Assembly: GCA_043775355.1 (NCBI GenBank) | Contig: JAYVSL010000025.1 | Location: 224 to 64,223 of the forward strand | Origin: Planctomycetota bacterium | GTDB taxonomy: Bacteria > Planctomycetota > UBA11346 | Direction: 5' to 3' | Length of the DNA stretch: 64,000 nucleotides | Part shown: piece by piece, positions 52,626 through 60,879 of the stretch | Position numbering within the stretch: position 1 is the stretch's first letter | How the letters are laid out: every line of letters begins with the position of its first letter | Program-made: the position numbers and the translations under genes | The notes under the pieces: generated by a model | Databases searched by the model: none | Seen by the model: only the letters and a program-made list of their open reading frames with translations | What the model was told of the DNA's origin: nothing

Positions 52626-54284
52626 TCAGGCTCCTGCCGTCACTGGCTGTTGAGCCGCGACGTTCTGATCAATGGAGCAGCCCATGGGGCCGATGGAGCG
52701 GTACGTCATGCCAGCGAATTGCGGCACCCGTGCTTGAGCCGCTTTCCACGCGTCAACTTCTGACGTCCAGCTCAGCGCCTTCGTGCCTGCGGATGATAAT
52801 CCCACCAGTACCGACCACGCTGCTTCCAATTGCGAGTTCGGCACCACCGGGCAAGCCTGCAATAACTGCACGACGCCGTTGACATTCACCATGCTGCCGC
52901 GCACTTCTGCCCACGCACGAATACCAATCGCGATGGTGGCTTTGGCCACGGTCTGATCGACCCAGGACGACAAGACGATACGCGTTGGGATCACTTCGAG
53001 CTTCGCTGCTTTATCAGCATTCGCCGCCCACAGATCGTGACCGACGACCACTAAGGCATCGAATTCTTTCGCCTTAGCGACCAACTCATCAAGGTTGTCC
53101 TTGATGCTGAGCAGCGTCACACCTTTGCGATTCGCCACCGGATCGCCGCTCAGCGCGATGCCATCCGCCTTGCCAACCGTCAGCCATGAGCCACCGAAAA
53201 CTTCGGCCTTGGCACCGAGCGATTCCGCCAACGCCATCGCAGCGATATTGTCTTCCGTGGTCAAATGCCCACTGGCGACAATCGCCACGCGCTTCGCGTT
53301 CTTCAGCGCAACTACGGCGGCAGCCTGGGCTTCATCGATGGTGCAATCGACTCCGGCTTTTTTGCCGTCGGTCAGACGATTGACTGCCAACTGCTGATAC
53401 AGCATACGCGTGCGATTGGCGATCCAGCTTTTGTTCACGTTCGGATTACGGCGCGGCATCAAACGCCACACCTTGCCGCCTTGCGAACCAGAAATGTTAT
53501 AATCGATGGTCAGGTTCGCGCCGAGCGCATCGCTGGGATCAATCGACTCCACGCTCTTGAGCATCCATACGCGCTGTTGAAAGCGGAAATGTTTGCCGGT
53601 CAACGCGCCGACTGGGCAAATGTCGGTGGTGTTCAAATCATATTCATGATTCAACGGTTCATCAGGGAAGGTCGTCAGATACGCGTGATCACCACGGCCA
53701 GCGATGTCGAGCTGCGGTGACTTCGCCACGTCGCTCATGAAACGGACGCAACGCGTGCAAATAATGCAGCGTTCTTGATCGAGTACGATGCTCGGTCCGA
53801 GATCGATTTTCTTGCCGCCGCGCTCATGACCTTTGCTGTCGACGAAACGATGATCGGCACCGCCTTTGTATTGCTTTCCGACCGAGTCATCGAGTCGGCT
53901 CTCATGCTTGCCTTGACCCATGTAGTGCTCTTGCAGCGTGCACTCACCGGCTTTATCGCAAATCGGGCAATCGAGCGGATGATTGACCAACAAAAATTCC
54001 ATCACGCCTTTGCGCAGCTTGACGATTTTTTCGCTGCTGATCTGCGTACGGACTTTCATCCCAGGCGCGGTCTGCATGTGGCATGAAATGCCCAACGCAA
54101 ATCCACGCGGACCTTCGACCTCAACCAAGCAAATGCGGCAATTGCCCGCGACCTTGAGATCTTGGTGATAACAAAAGGCGGGCGTCTCGGTCTGAGCCGG
54201 GCCGCGCAGCGCTTCAATCAGCTGAACGCGAGGCGGAACCTGCACGTCTTTGCCGTCAACATTGATCGTGATGGTATCAGACAT
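52626..54284 (-). CDS. nuoG: NADH-quinone oxidoreductase subunit G
   Basis: N-terminal 2Fe-2S ferredoxin part (ITINVDGKDVQV...CYHQDLKVAGNCRICLVEV), then HPLDCPICDKAGECTLQ and CIICTRCVRF clusters. I start at ATG 54284 (MSDTITINVDG). The track start 54350 lies inside the repeat spacer. Confidence 0.85.
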   Translation of the reverse strand: MSDTITINVDGKDVQVPPRVQLIEALRGPAQTETPAFCYHQDLKVAGNCRICLVEVEGPRGFALGISCHMQTAPGMKVRTQISSEKIVKLRKGVMEFLLVNHPLDCPICDKAGECTLQEHYMGQGKHESRLDDSVGKQYKGGADHRFVDSKGHERGGKKIDLGPSIVLDQERCIICTRCVRFMSDVAKSPQLDIAGRGDHAYLTTFPDEPLNHEYDLNTTDICPVGALTGKHFRFQQRVWMLKSVESIDPSDALGANLTIDYNISGSQGGKVWRLMPRRNPNVNKSWIANRTRMLYQQLAVNRLTDGKKAGVDCTIDEAQAAAVVALKNAKRVAIVASGHLTTEDNIAAMALAESLGAKAEVFGGSWLTVGKADGIALSGDPVANRKGVTLLSIKDNLDELVAKAKEFDALVVVGHDLWAANADKAAKLEVIPTRIVLSSWVDQTVAKATIAIGIRAWAEVRGSMVNVNGVVQLLQACPVVPNSQLEAAWSVLVGLSSAGTKALSWTSEVDAWKAAQARVPQFAGMTYRSIGPMGCSIDQNVAAQQPVTAGA

Positions 54285-54296
54285 GAATGGCTCCGA

Positions 54297-54404
54297 GCTT
54301 CGCTCGTGAAGCTGCGAGCTTCGAGCTACGCGCTTCAAGTTGAAAAACAAAACGCAGATTGGTCGCTGGAGAGACTCGCAGCTCGCAGCTCGTTGCTCGT
54401 AGCT
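54297..54404. repeat. inverted heptamer arrays (AGCTGCG family) in the nuoF-nuoG spacer
   Basis: + strand 54310-54344 reads AGCTGCG AGCTTCG AGCTACG CGCTTCA AGTTGAA. 54375-54404 reads CTCGCAG CTCGCAG CTCGTTG CTCGTAG CT (complementary orientation). About 30 nt lie between them. Confidence 0.85.
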
Positions 54405-54410
54405 TATTCC

Positions 54411-55757
54411 TCACCAGAACGCTCCTGGGCGCTGAGTCACCAGATCGCGCGCCGTGGCGTGCTCAGGATTCTGATCGATATAACGCTGAAAGTGTTCGCG
54501 ATACTTGGCGATGAAACTTTGCACCGGCCACGCCGCACCAGGCGCGAAAGCGCAGATGGTGGTCCATTCATAACTATCGGCGAGGTCTTTGATCAGGTCG
54601 ATGTCGCCATCTCGTCCTTTACCATCAATCACTTTATCGAGTACACGATCGACATAGCCAGTGCCTTCACGGCACGGCGTGCACTGACCGCAAGATTCAT
54701 GAGCATAGAATCGCGCGATGGTTTGCAAAAATTTCGGTACATCGGTGGTGGTATTGAATGGCGTGATCGCGCCAGAACCAAGCATCGACTTCAAAGCCGC
54801 CAAGGATTCATAATCGAGCGTCGCTTTGCGAGTTTCGTCGGCCGTCAAGACTGGCGCCGAAGAACCGCCAGGAATACAGCCGAGCAATTCACCCTTCAAA
54901 CCGCCGCACAATTCGAAGAACTCCGAGTACGACATGCCGAGCGGCACTTCATAGACGCCGGGTTTCACAATATCGCCACTGATCGAAAACAATTTCGAGC
55001 CGGGGCTCTTATCGGTACCAAATTGACGGTACCCCTTTGCGCCATGCTTCAAAATGTATGGCACCGCCATAATCGTTTCGACGTTATTGACCACCGTCGG
55101 AGAAGCGAACGCGCCGCTTACTGCGGGGAATGGTGGCTTCAAACGTGGTTGGCCTTTGAAGCCTTCCAGCGAATTGATCAAGCCAGTTTCTTCACCACAG
55201 ATGTACGCACCAGCGCCGCGATGGACGTAGATGTCGAGCGAATATTGCGAGCCGCCGATGTTTTCACCGAGCAGGCCAGCAGCGTACGCTTCTTTGATCG
55301 CATCGTTCAAACGAGTGATTTGCGGCAGCATTTCGCCGCGCACATAAATATATGCCGTGCGTACGCCCAATGCGTAGCCGGTAATAATCATCCCTTCGAG
55401 CAGCAAGTGCGGATCGCGTTCCATGCACATGCGATCTTTGAAGGTGCCAGGCTCGCCTTCGTCGGCGTTAATAACCAAATACACAGGCTTACCCGTGCCA
55501 CGTGGCACGAAAGACCACTTCATGCCGGTGGGAAATCCCGCACCGCCACGACCGCGCAGGCCGGAATCTTTGACCAACTCAATCAGCTCAAGCTGGCTCT
55601 TATCAAACAGCATCGGCCCAACGGTGTCGTAGGCGCCGTGTTGTTTCGCGACCGCCAAGGTGTGGCCATTATCGACCTGGAACAACCGGCTGAGAATGCG
55701 CGGCAGTTCTTTGCCTTTCCAATGCGTCGGCTGAGGAAATCCGTGGAGCGTGGTCAT
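54411..55757 (-). CDS. nuoF: NADH-quinone oxidoreductase subunit F
   Basis: 448 aa. GLRGRGGAGFPTGMKW (FMN/NADH site) and ESCGQCTPCREG (N3 cluster) motifs. Confidence 0.95.
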   Translation of the reverse strand: MTTLHGFPQPTHWKGKELPRILSRLFQVDNGHTLAVAKQHGAYDTVGPMLFDKSQLELIELVKDSGLRGRGGAGFPTGMKWSFVPRGTGKPVYLVINADEGEPGTFKDRMCMERDPHLLLEGMIITGYALGVRTAYIYVRGEMLPQITRLNDAIKEAYAAGLLGENIGGSQYSLDIYVHRGAGAYICGEETGLINSLEGFKGQPRLKPPFPAVSGAFASPTVVNNVETIMAVPYILKHGAKGYRQFGTDKSPGSKLFSISGDIVKPGVYEVPLGMSYSEFFELCGGLKGELLGCIPGGSSAPVLTADETRKATLDYESLAALKSMLGSGAITPFNTTTDVPKFLQTIARFYAHESCGQCTPCREGTGYVDRVLDKVIDGKGRDGDIDLIKDLADSYEWTTICAFAPGAAWPVQSFIAKYREHFQRYIDQNPEHATARDLVTQRPGAFW

Positions 55758-55759
55758 GA

Positions 55760-56812
55760 TCAGACCTTAGCCGGCGTAGCGGCGGTGGCTGGCGGAGGCG
55801 TAGCTTTACCAGTAGCAGTAATCGCCGCACTTGGACGCGCAACGCGTTCCTTTTCGTGCGCGATAACGCGATATTGAGCGCTGACACCTTCAGGTAATTT
55901 ATCGGCAGATTTCTGATCTTTCGGACTTGGCGTCGCCAGCTCGCGCCACGACACGCCGTTATCATCCGAACGCTCGACGATGATCGAGGTGCAACCAGGA
56001 TCGTTAATCCAGGTCAGCGCAATCGCTTCACCAGTGACAGCAGCACCAAGTTTCAGCGCCGGAGCTGGTGGGCAGTACGTCGGCGGCAACGTTTTCGCTT
56101 CCGCACCAGGCGCACCGGGATGGCCCTTGGTGTTGAGTACCAAATGACCGACCGCGTCGGGCGTAACGGGCAGCGGCTTGCCAGTGAAACCATTCGCCGT
56201 GGGCGACTTTTTGTGCTCAGCGCGCAAGAAGGCAATCCATTGATCGAGCAACGCGCTGGTCGGATGAAAATCAGGAACTGACAAATGTTCTTCGCTGACT
56301 CCAGCTTTGCCTAATGCATGCGGCTTCGGGCCAATCGCTTGATCATCGATCATCACGCCAGGGCCAGTACCGCAGAGCGCAAGGCATTCAACGCGCACCA
56401 AGGTAAAAAGACCATCGCTGGTGGTTTCGCCACTGTGAACGCCGAGCGATTTTTCCAAATGTTCAATCAGATTTTCACTGCCTTGAATATAGCAGCACAT
56501 GGTCTGACAAATCTGAATCAGGTGCTTACCCGTCGGAACCTGACGATACATGGTGTAAAATTCAGTAACGCCAAAAGCATGCACGTGGCTGACCGCACAC
56601 GTATCAGCCGCCCACTTGATGCCTTCGCGTGGAACCCAGCCGAATTCTTCCTGCACCAACCACAAAGCCTGCAATAAAGCTCCGCGTTTGACCGGGTACC
56701 GACGCCATAGTTCTTCGACTCGCGGCTGGTACTTGGCCATGCGATTCTTCAGCACTTCAGTGGTGAGATCCTTGGGCTGGTGCTCAGCGGGATTTACTGT
56801 GCAACCGCTCAC
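55760..56812 (-). CDS. nuoE: NADH-quinone oxidoreductase subunit E with a ~190-aa C-terminal extension containing an FN3-like module
   Basis: Thioredoxin-like 2Fe-2S part (YPVKRGALLQALWLVQEE...ICQTMCC...VECLALCGTGPGVMID). I start at GTG 56812 (GGAGA 6 nt upstream). The track start 56878 reads through heptamer repeats. ATG 56740 is an alternative. Confidence 0.85.
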   Translation of the reverse strand: MSGCTVNPAEHQPKDLTTEVLKNRMAKYQPRVEELWRRYPVKRGALLQALWLVQEEFGWVPREGIKWAADTCAVSHVHAFGVTEFYTMYRQVPTGKHLIQICQTMCCYIQGSENLIEHLEKSLGVHSGETTSDGLFTLVRVECLALCGTGPGVMIDDQAIGPKPHALGKAGVSEEHLSVPDFHPTSALLDQWIAFLRAEHKKSPTANGFTGKPLPVTPDAVGHLVLNTKGHPGAPGAEAKTLPPTYCPPAPALKLGAAVTGEAIALTWINDPGCTSIIVERSDDNGVSWRELATPSPKDQKSADKLPEGVSAQYRVIAHEKERVARPSAAITATGKATPPPATAATPAKV

Positions 56813-56833
56813 GATTGGTCTCCAAGCAGAAGA

Positions 56834-56988
56834 AGCTGCGAGCTGCAAGCTGCGAGCTGCGAGTTGAAGGCGGGACAACGGAGCTGCGAGCTGCGAGCTG
56901 CAAGCTGCGAGTTAAATACAGGACGACGGAAGTCGAAATCGAAGCTCGAAGCTTGTAGCTCGTAGCTGATCGCTCGTAGCTCGTAGCT
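56834..56988. repeat. three heptamer arrays (two direct AGCTGCG arrays plus one AGCTCGT array) in the nuoD-nuoE spacer
   Basis: 56834-56863 reads (AGCTGCG/AGCTGCA)x4 then AGTTGAA. 56882-56912 has the same unit x4 then AGTTAAA. 56943-56988 reads AGCTCGA AGCTTGT AGCTCGT AGCTGAT CGCTCGT AGCTCGT AGCT. Confidence 0.9.
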
Positions 56989-56996
56989 AATTAGAG

Positions 56997-58190
56997 TCAT
57001 CGGTCGAGCTCTCCGGCAATAATATTAATCGAACCAAGCGAGGCGGCGACGTCAGACAGCATGGAGCCGGTGAGCATGTCGCCGTACGCAGCGAATTGAG
57101 TGAAACATGGTGGGCGCACTTTGACGCGGTACGGATTCGTGCCGCCGTCAGAAACAATCAGATAACCGAGTTCGCCGTTGGCGGCTTCAGTCGCGTCGTA
57201 ACACGTTCCCGGTGGCGGGCGAACGCCTTCGTACACCAGTTTAAAGCTATTGATCAACGCCTCCATGTCGTGGTAGACGCGTTCACGGCTCGGTAACGAC
57301 ATCCGCGCATCAGGACTGTTAATCGGTCCTGGCTTCAAGCGATCAAGCGCCTGACGGGTAATCGATACCGATTCGATCATTTCATAAATACGCACCATGA
57401 TGCGATCAAAGGTGTCGCCGCTGGTGCCGATGACGGTGTCAAAGTTGTAGGTTTCGTAGCCGTAATACGGCTCGTCTTTGCGCAGATCGCGATCAACGCC
57501 GCATGCACGCAGGCACGGTCCCGTCCAGCCCCAGCTAATCGCATCGGCAGCCGACACCGCGCACACATCCTTGGTACGATCGATAAAGATTTTATTGTGC
57601 TCAATCAAGCCGCGAACTTCGCCAACTGCCTTTTCAATATTGATGAGCACGCCGCGAACGTCGTCCTCAAAACCCTGATACACATCGCGGTACATGCCGC
57701 CGATTCGGGTCACGGTGTTGGTCAGGCGCGCGCCGCAGAGTTTTTCCCAGATCAGGTAAACTTGTTCACGCGTATTGAAGAAGTACCAGAAATTGGTCAG
57801 CGCACCAAGGTCAACCAGATTGGTACACACGCACACCATGTGATCGATGATGCGTGACAACTCGCTGAGGATAATGCGCAAAGTAATGCAGCGTTCTGGC
57901 ACCGTGACGCCGAACATTTTTTCGGTCGCCTTGCAGAAGCCGATGTTGTTCATCATCGCGCTGCAATAATTCAGACGATCGGTATATGGCAGCACCTGCG
58001 AATAGGTGCCTTGTTCGATCATCTTTTCGAAACCGCGATGCAGGTAACCGATTTCAGTCGCGCAGGCAGCGATGGTTTCGCCATCAAGGGCCGCGAAAAT
58101 ACGCAGCGTTCCGTGTGTCGCGGGATGACTTGGACCGACATTGATGGTCATCAAGTCGACGTGATCGCCAGCAGGATTAATGACTTTCAC
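56997..58190 (-). CDS. nuoD: NADH-quinone oxidoreductase subunit D
   Basis: 397 aa. NVGPSHPATHGTLRI, IGYLHRGFEK and a C-terminal ...GELDR. Confidence 0.95.
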   Translation of the reverse strand: MKVINPAGDHVDLMTINVGPSHPATHGTLRIFAALDGETIAACATEIGYLHRGFEKMIEQGTYSQVLPYTDRLNYCSAMMNNIGFCKATEKMFGVTVPERCITLRIILSELSRIIDHMVCVCTNLVDLGALTNFWYFFNTREQVYLIWEKLCGARLTNTVTRIGGMYRDVYQGFEDDVRGVLINIEKAVGEVRGLIEHNKIFIDRTKDVCAVSAADAISWGWTGPCLRACGVDRDLRKDEPYYGYETYNFDTVIGTSGDTFDRIMVRIYEMIESVSITRQALDRLKPGPINSPDARMSLPSRERVYHDMEALINSFKLVYEGVRPPPGTCYDATEAANGELGYLIVSDGGTNPYRVKVRPPCFTQFAAYGDMLTGSMLSDVAASLGSINIIAGELDR

Positions 58191-58861
58191 GACTTGCCTC
58201 CGGCCTTGGTCGTTCCCAGCGATGGCACTGCTGAGGCTTCCGTAATTAGTTCACCGGTATGGGGCTCGCCGCGATCAAGGATGGTATAGCCCTGGGCGCG
58301 CAGACGCGCTTCTAGCTGATCGATCATCGGATCGTTGGTCGACAGTTTCTGCCGCTTCTGGCACGGATAATCCTTACGCAGTGGATGGCCAAGAAACTCA
58401 TGATGATTCAGCAAACGCTTCAAGTTAGGATGGCCGGTAAAGACGATGCCGTATTGATCCCAAGTCTCGCGCTCTGCCCAATCAGCACTTTTAAAAATAT
58501 CGTGAATGCTGGGGACCGCACAGGCTTCTTCTTCGACCATCACTTTGATGGTCACACGATGACGGAACGCCATGCTTTTCAGCAAATACAGCACGGCAAA
58601 ACGCTCACCGCGATAGCCAGGATAGGCAAGGAAATCGACGCCCACTACGTCGAGCAACATGCTGAACTGCAGAGTCGACTCATCACGCAGAAAACGAATG
58701 ACGTCGCGCAACTTCTCTGGACGACACAGCAGCGTCAAATCCCAGCGATCCGTGGCGTCACGCTCAAGGCCAAAACGCTCTTTCATCACAGCGACGAGCT
58801 GTTCAACACTTTGTCCAGCCAACATCGGACCATGCGGCACCGTGGATGATTTTGAACTCAT
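58187..58861 (-). CDS. nuoC: NADH-quinone oxidoreductase subunit C
   Basis: [23 protein letters not shown] is typical of NuoC. I start at ATG 58861, which forms an ATGA overlap with the nuoB stop. The track start 58957 would overlap nuoB by 100 nt. Confidence 0.9.
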   Translation of the reverse strand: MSSKSSTVPHGPMLAGQSVEQLVAVMKERFGLERDATDRWDLTLLCRPEKLRDVIRFLRDESTLQFSMLLDVVGVDFLAYPGYRGERFAVLYLLKSMAFRHRVTIKVMVEEEACAVPSIHDIFKSADWAERETWDQYGIVFTGHPNLKRLLNHHEFLGHPLRKDYPCQKRQKLSTNDPMIDQLEARLRAQGYTILDRGEPHTGELITEASAVPSLGTTKAGGKS

Positions 58862-59376
58862 ACGCCTACCGTCCGTTGCTCGGTCATCGATTCCAAATCG
58901 ATCTTCTTCTGCAACTGCACGATCGCCTCCAAAAATGCTTCCGGACGGGGAGGGCAACCAGCAATGTATACGTCGACCGGGATAATTTCATCAACCCCAG
59001 GAACCGTGCAGTAGCAGTCGTAAAAACCACCGGACGAGGCGCAGGCACCGGCTGAAATGACCCAGCGCGGTTCGCACATTTGCTCATAAATGCGCCGCAA
59101 CACGGGCGCCTGTTTATAGGTCACCGTGCCAGCGATGATCATCAAGTCCGCTTGGCGCGGGCTAAAGCGCACTAATTCAGCACCGAAACGCGACACGTCG
59201 AATACCGAACTGACCACACCCATAAATTCGATCGCGCAACAAGCCGTGCCAAACGGAAACGGCCACAGGCTATTGCGTCGACCCCAGTTCACGACGGCAT
59301 CAAGCCGGGTCAAAGCGAAAGCGTTACCGAGATCTAATTCAGGAGTAACCGCAGCAGGAACGTTTTTGTAGGTCAT
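58858..59376 (-). CDS. nuoB: NADH-quinone oxidoreductase subunit B
   Basis: [19 protein letters not shown] and AGCPPRPE (N2 cluster ligands). I start at ATG 59376 (GAGGA upstream), which avoids overlap with nuoA. Confidence 0.9.
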   Translation of the reverse strand: MTYKNVPAAVTPELDLGNAFALTRLDAVVNWGRRNSLWPFPFGTACCAIEFMGVVSSVFDVSRFGAELVRFSPRQADLMIIAGTVTYKQAPVLRRIYEQMCEPRWVISAGACASSGGFYDCYCTVPGVDEIIPVDVYIAGCPPRPEAFLEAIVQLQKKIDLESMTEQRTVGV

Positions 59377-59416
59377 GGGTGAATCCTCATGGTGGGAAAA
59401 TAGTCGGTAAAACCGC

Positions 59417-59896
59417 CTATTTATCCCAATCCAACGCACCTTTCTTGAACAGGTACACATAACCAACACCGATCAACACCAAGAACTCGACCAGAAACAA
59501 CATCATCTCCCAACCACCGTGATTAAAGTGCACTGCCCACGGGTACAGGAACGCGACTTCAATATCGAAGGCGAGAAACAACATCGCGATGAGATAAAAT
59601 TTGACGTCAAAGCGTTCGCCTGCGGTGCCCAACGTTCCGGGTAGACCACTTTCATAAGGCTCATTTTTTCCAGGGTTCGTATTGTGCGTGCCGTGGGCAA
59701 AGCGGCTAAAAATTGTATTCAAACCGAGCAACGCAGCAGGCACGACCAAACCCAAAATCAGCAACATCGTCAATGGAAAAACCATATCGAAAACGCTCGG
59801 CGTTTCATCGATGATGGCCTTCGCCGTGGCGACCACAGGGGCCCCCTCCGCAGCGGGTACGAGTTGCATCAACGCAGCCGAAATCACCGCCATCAT
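59417..59896 (-). CDS. nuoA: NADH-quinone oxidoreductase subunit A
   Basis: 159 aa. EPYESGLP and [13 protein letters not shown] motifs. AAGGA lies 9 nt upstream of ATG 59896. The N-terminal ~37 aa precede the first TM helix; an internal Met at 59785 would give a more typical 122 aa. Confidence 0.85.
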   Translation of the reverse strand: MMAVISAALMQLVPAAEGAPVVATAKAIIDETPSVFDMVFPLTMLLILGLVVPAALLGLNTIFSRFAHGTHNTNPGKNEPYESGLPGTLGTAGERFDVKFYLIAMLFLAFDIEVAFLYPWAVHFNHGGWEMMLFLVEFLVLIGVGYVYLFKKGALDWDK

Positions 59897-60095
59897 TGCT
59901 AGCCGTCCTTCTGCATGGTTTGCTCACGCTTGCGCATGCTGAGCGTAGGAAGGCGGGACTTATAGGAGCGCCCTTTGCAACGCCAGGGGTCAACCCCGCT
60001 TACAATGCACGGATCAGCGATAACGATGGTCATCGATGCGTGATGCTTATATCAGTCCGTTTTGCTCCATCATTTCTGCCTCAGGACTACTCACT

Positions 60096-60119
60096 AATTT
60101 ACTGAATAATTTACTGAAT
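60096..60119. promoter_or_regulatory. perfect 12-bp tandem duplication AATTTACTGAAT x2 in the divergent nuoA / mcsA control region (candidate operator)
   Basis: The duplication is read directly: AATTTACTGAAT AATTTACTGAAT. It is AT-rich relative to its surroundings and lies ~160 nt upstream of mcsA and ~200 nt upstream of nuoA. A regulatory role is inferred. Confidence 0.35.
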
Positions 60120-60276
60120 GGTTCATATGATCCACATCATAAGCGGAAATCACCTTGAGCAAGAAAACCAATCGGTGACCTGAATGCCCAAATGACCACA
60201 AATAAACAAGCGTAGGCTGTCCCATGACAGCCACTTTCGCTCTTGCGACCTGTGAAGTCCTTGGAAAAACGCGCCC

Positions 60277-60825
60277 ATGCTTGGAGTAACCTGTCAGTTG
60301 TGTTCCAAGCGCCCAGCGACTTCGCATCTGACTGAGCTGGATCCTGGTACTGGTCAACGCCAAGAGTTACACATTTGTGCTACCTGCATCCAACGACTCG
60401 ATCTGAAGTTGGAAAACGGCCCACCGTCGATTGCCGACATCCTCGACATGAAGCCTGACGATGCGTCGAGTGCTAAAATAAAAATTACCAGCGGCCTCAG
60501 TATGCCTTCGATGGTGAAAAATGATGAGCGCTGCCCCCACTGCGGACTTGCCTTTTCTGAATTTGGCTCCGGTAAGCTCTTCGGCTGTGCCCATGATTAC
60601 GCTGCTTTTGGCGATAAAGTCGAAGCTTTGCTGCGTAATTATCACGGTACCACGCGCCACGTTGGTCGCCGTCTTGGCAGCGAACCTGATGCACCTGAAA
60701 GCGCAGCCATCGTCCACCGAGCCAGCCTCGATGCGGCGTTACGCCAAGCGGTCATGAGCGAGAATTACGAAAATGCGGCTAAACTCCGCGACGAACTGCG
60801 GCAGCTGGATGAACCCTCTGCCTGA
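60277..60825 (+). CDS. mcsA: McsA-like protein arginine kinase activator (zinc-ribbon plus UVR domain)
   Basis: 182 aa. N-terminal CQLC...CATC and CPHCG...C Cys pairs and a C-terminal UVR-like ENYENAAKLRDELRQL. It lies directly upstream of mcsB. Confidence 0.75.
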   Translation: MLGVTCQLCSKRPATSHLTELDPGTGQRQELHICATCIQRLDLKLENGPPSIADILDMKPDDASSAKIKITSGLSMPSMVKNDERCPHCGLAFSEFGSGKLFGCAHDYAAFGDKVEALLRNYHGTTRHVGRRLGSEPDAPESAAIVHRASLDAALRQAVMSENYENAAKLRDELRQLDEPSA

Positions 60826-60879
60826 ACATTGGCCGATCGCTGGTAGACGCGCGCTCTGCGATCGCGACTTTCCACCATC

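Noticed and set aside
54162-55877. 571-aa ORF on the + strand, among the longer non-assigned ORFs in the track
   Set aside because: It lies entirely antisense to nuoF, the 3' end of nuoE and the 5' end of nuoG, all of which have unambiguous catalytic motifs. Its translation is Arg/Ala-rich with no recognisable motif. This is the typical shadow ORF of a GC-rich coding region.
56813-56878. N-terminal extension of nuoE (MSRLQLAARSLQLAASS...)
   Set aside because: The residues are a direct translation of the AGCTGCG heptamer array. A GTG with a GGAGA Shine-Dalgarno at 56812 lies immediately downstream of the repeats.
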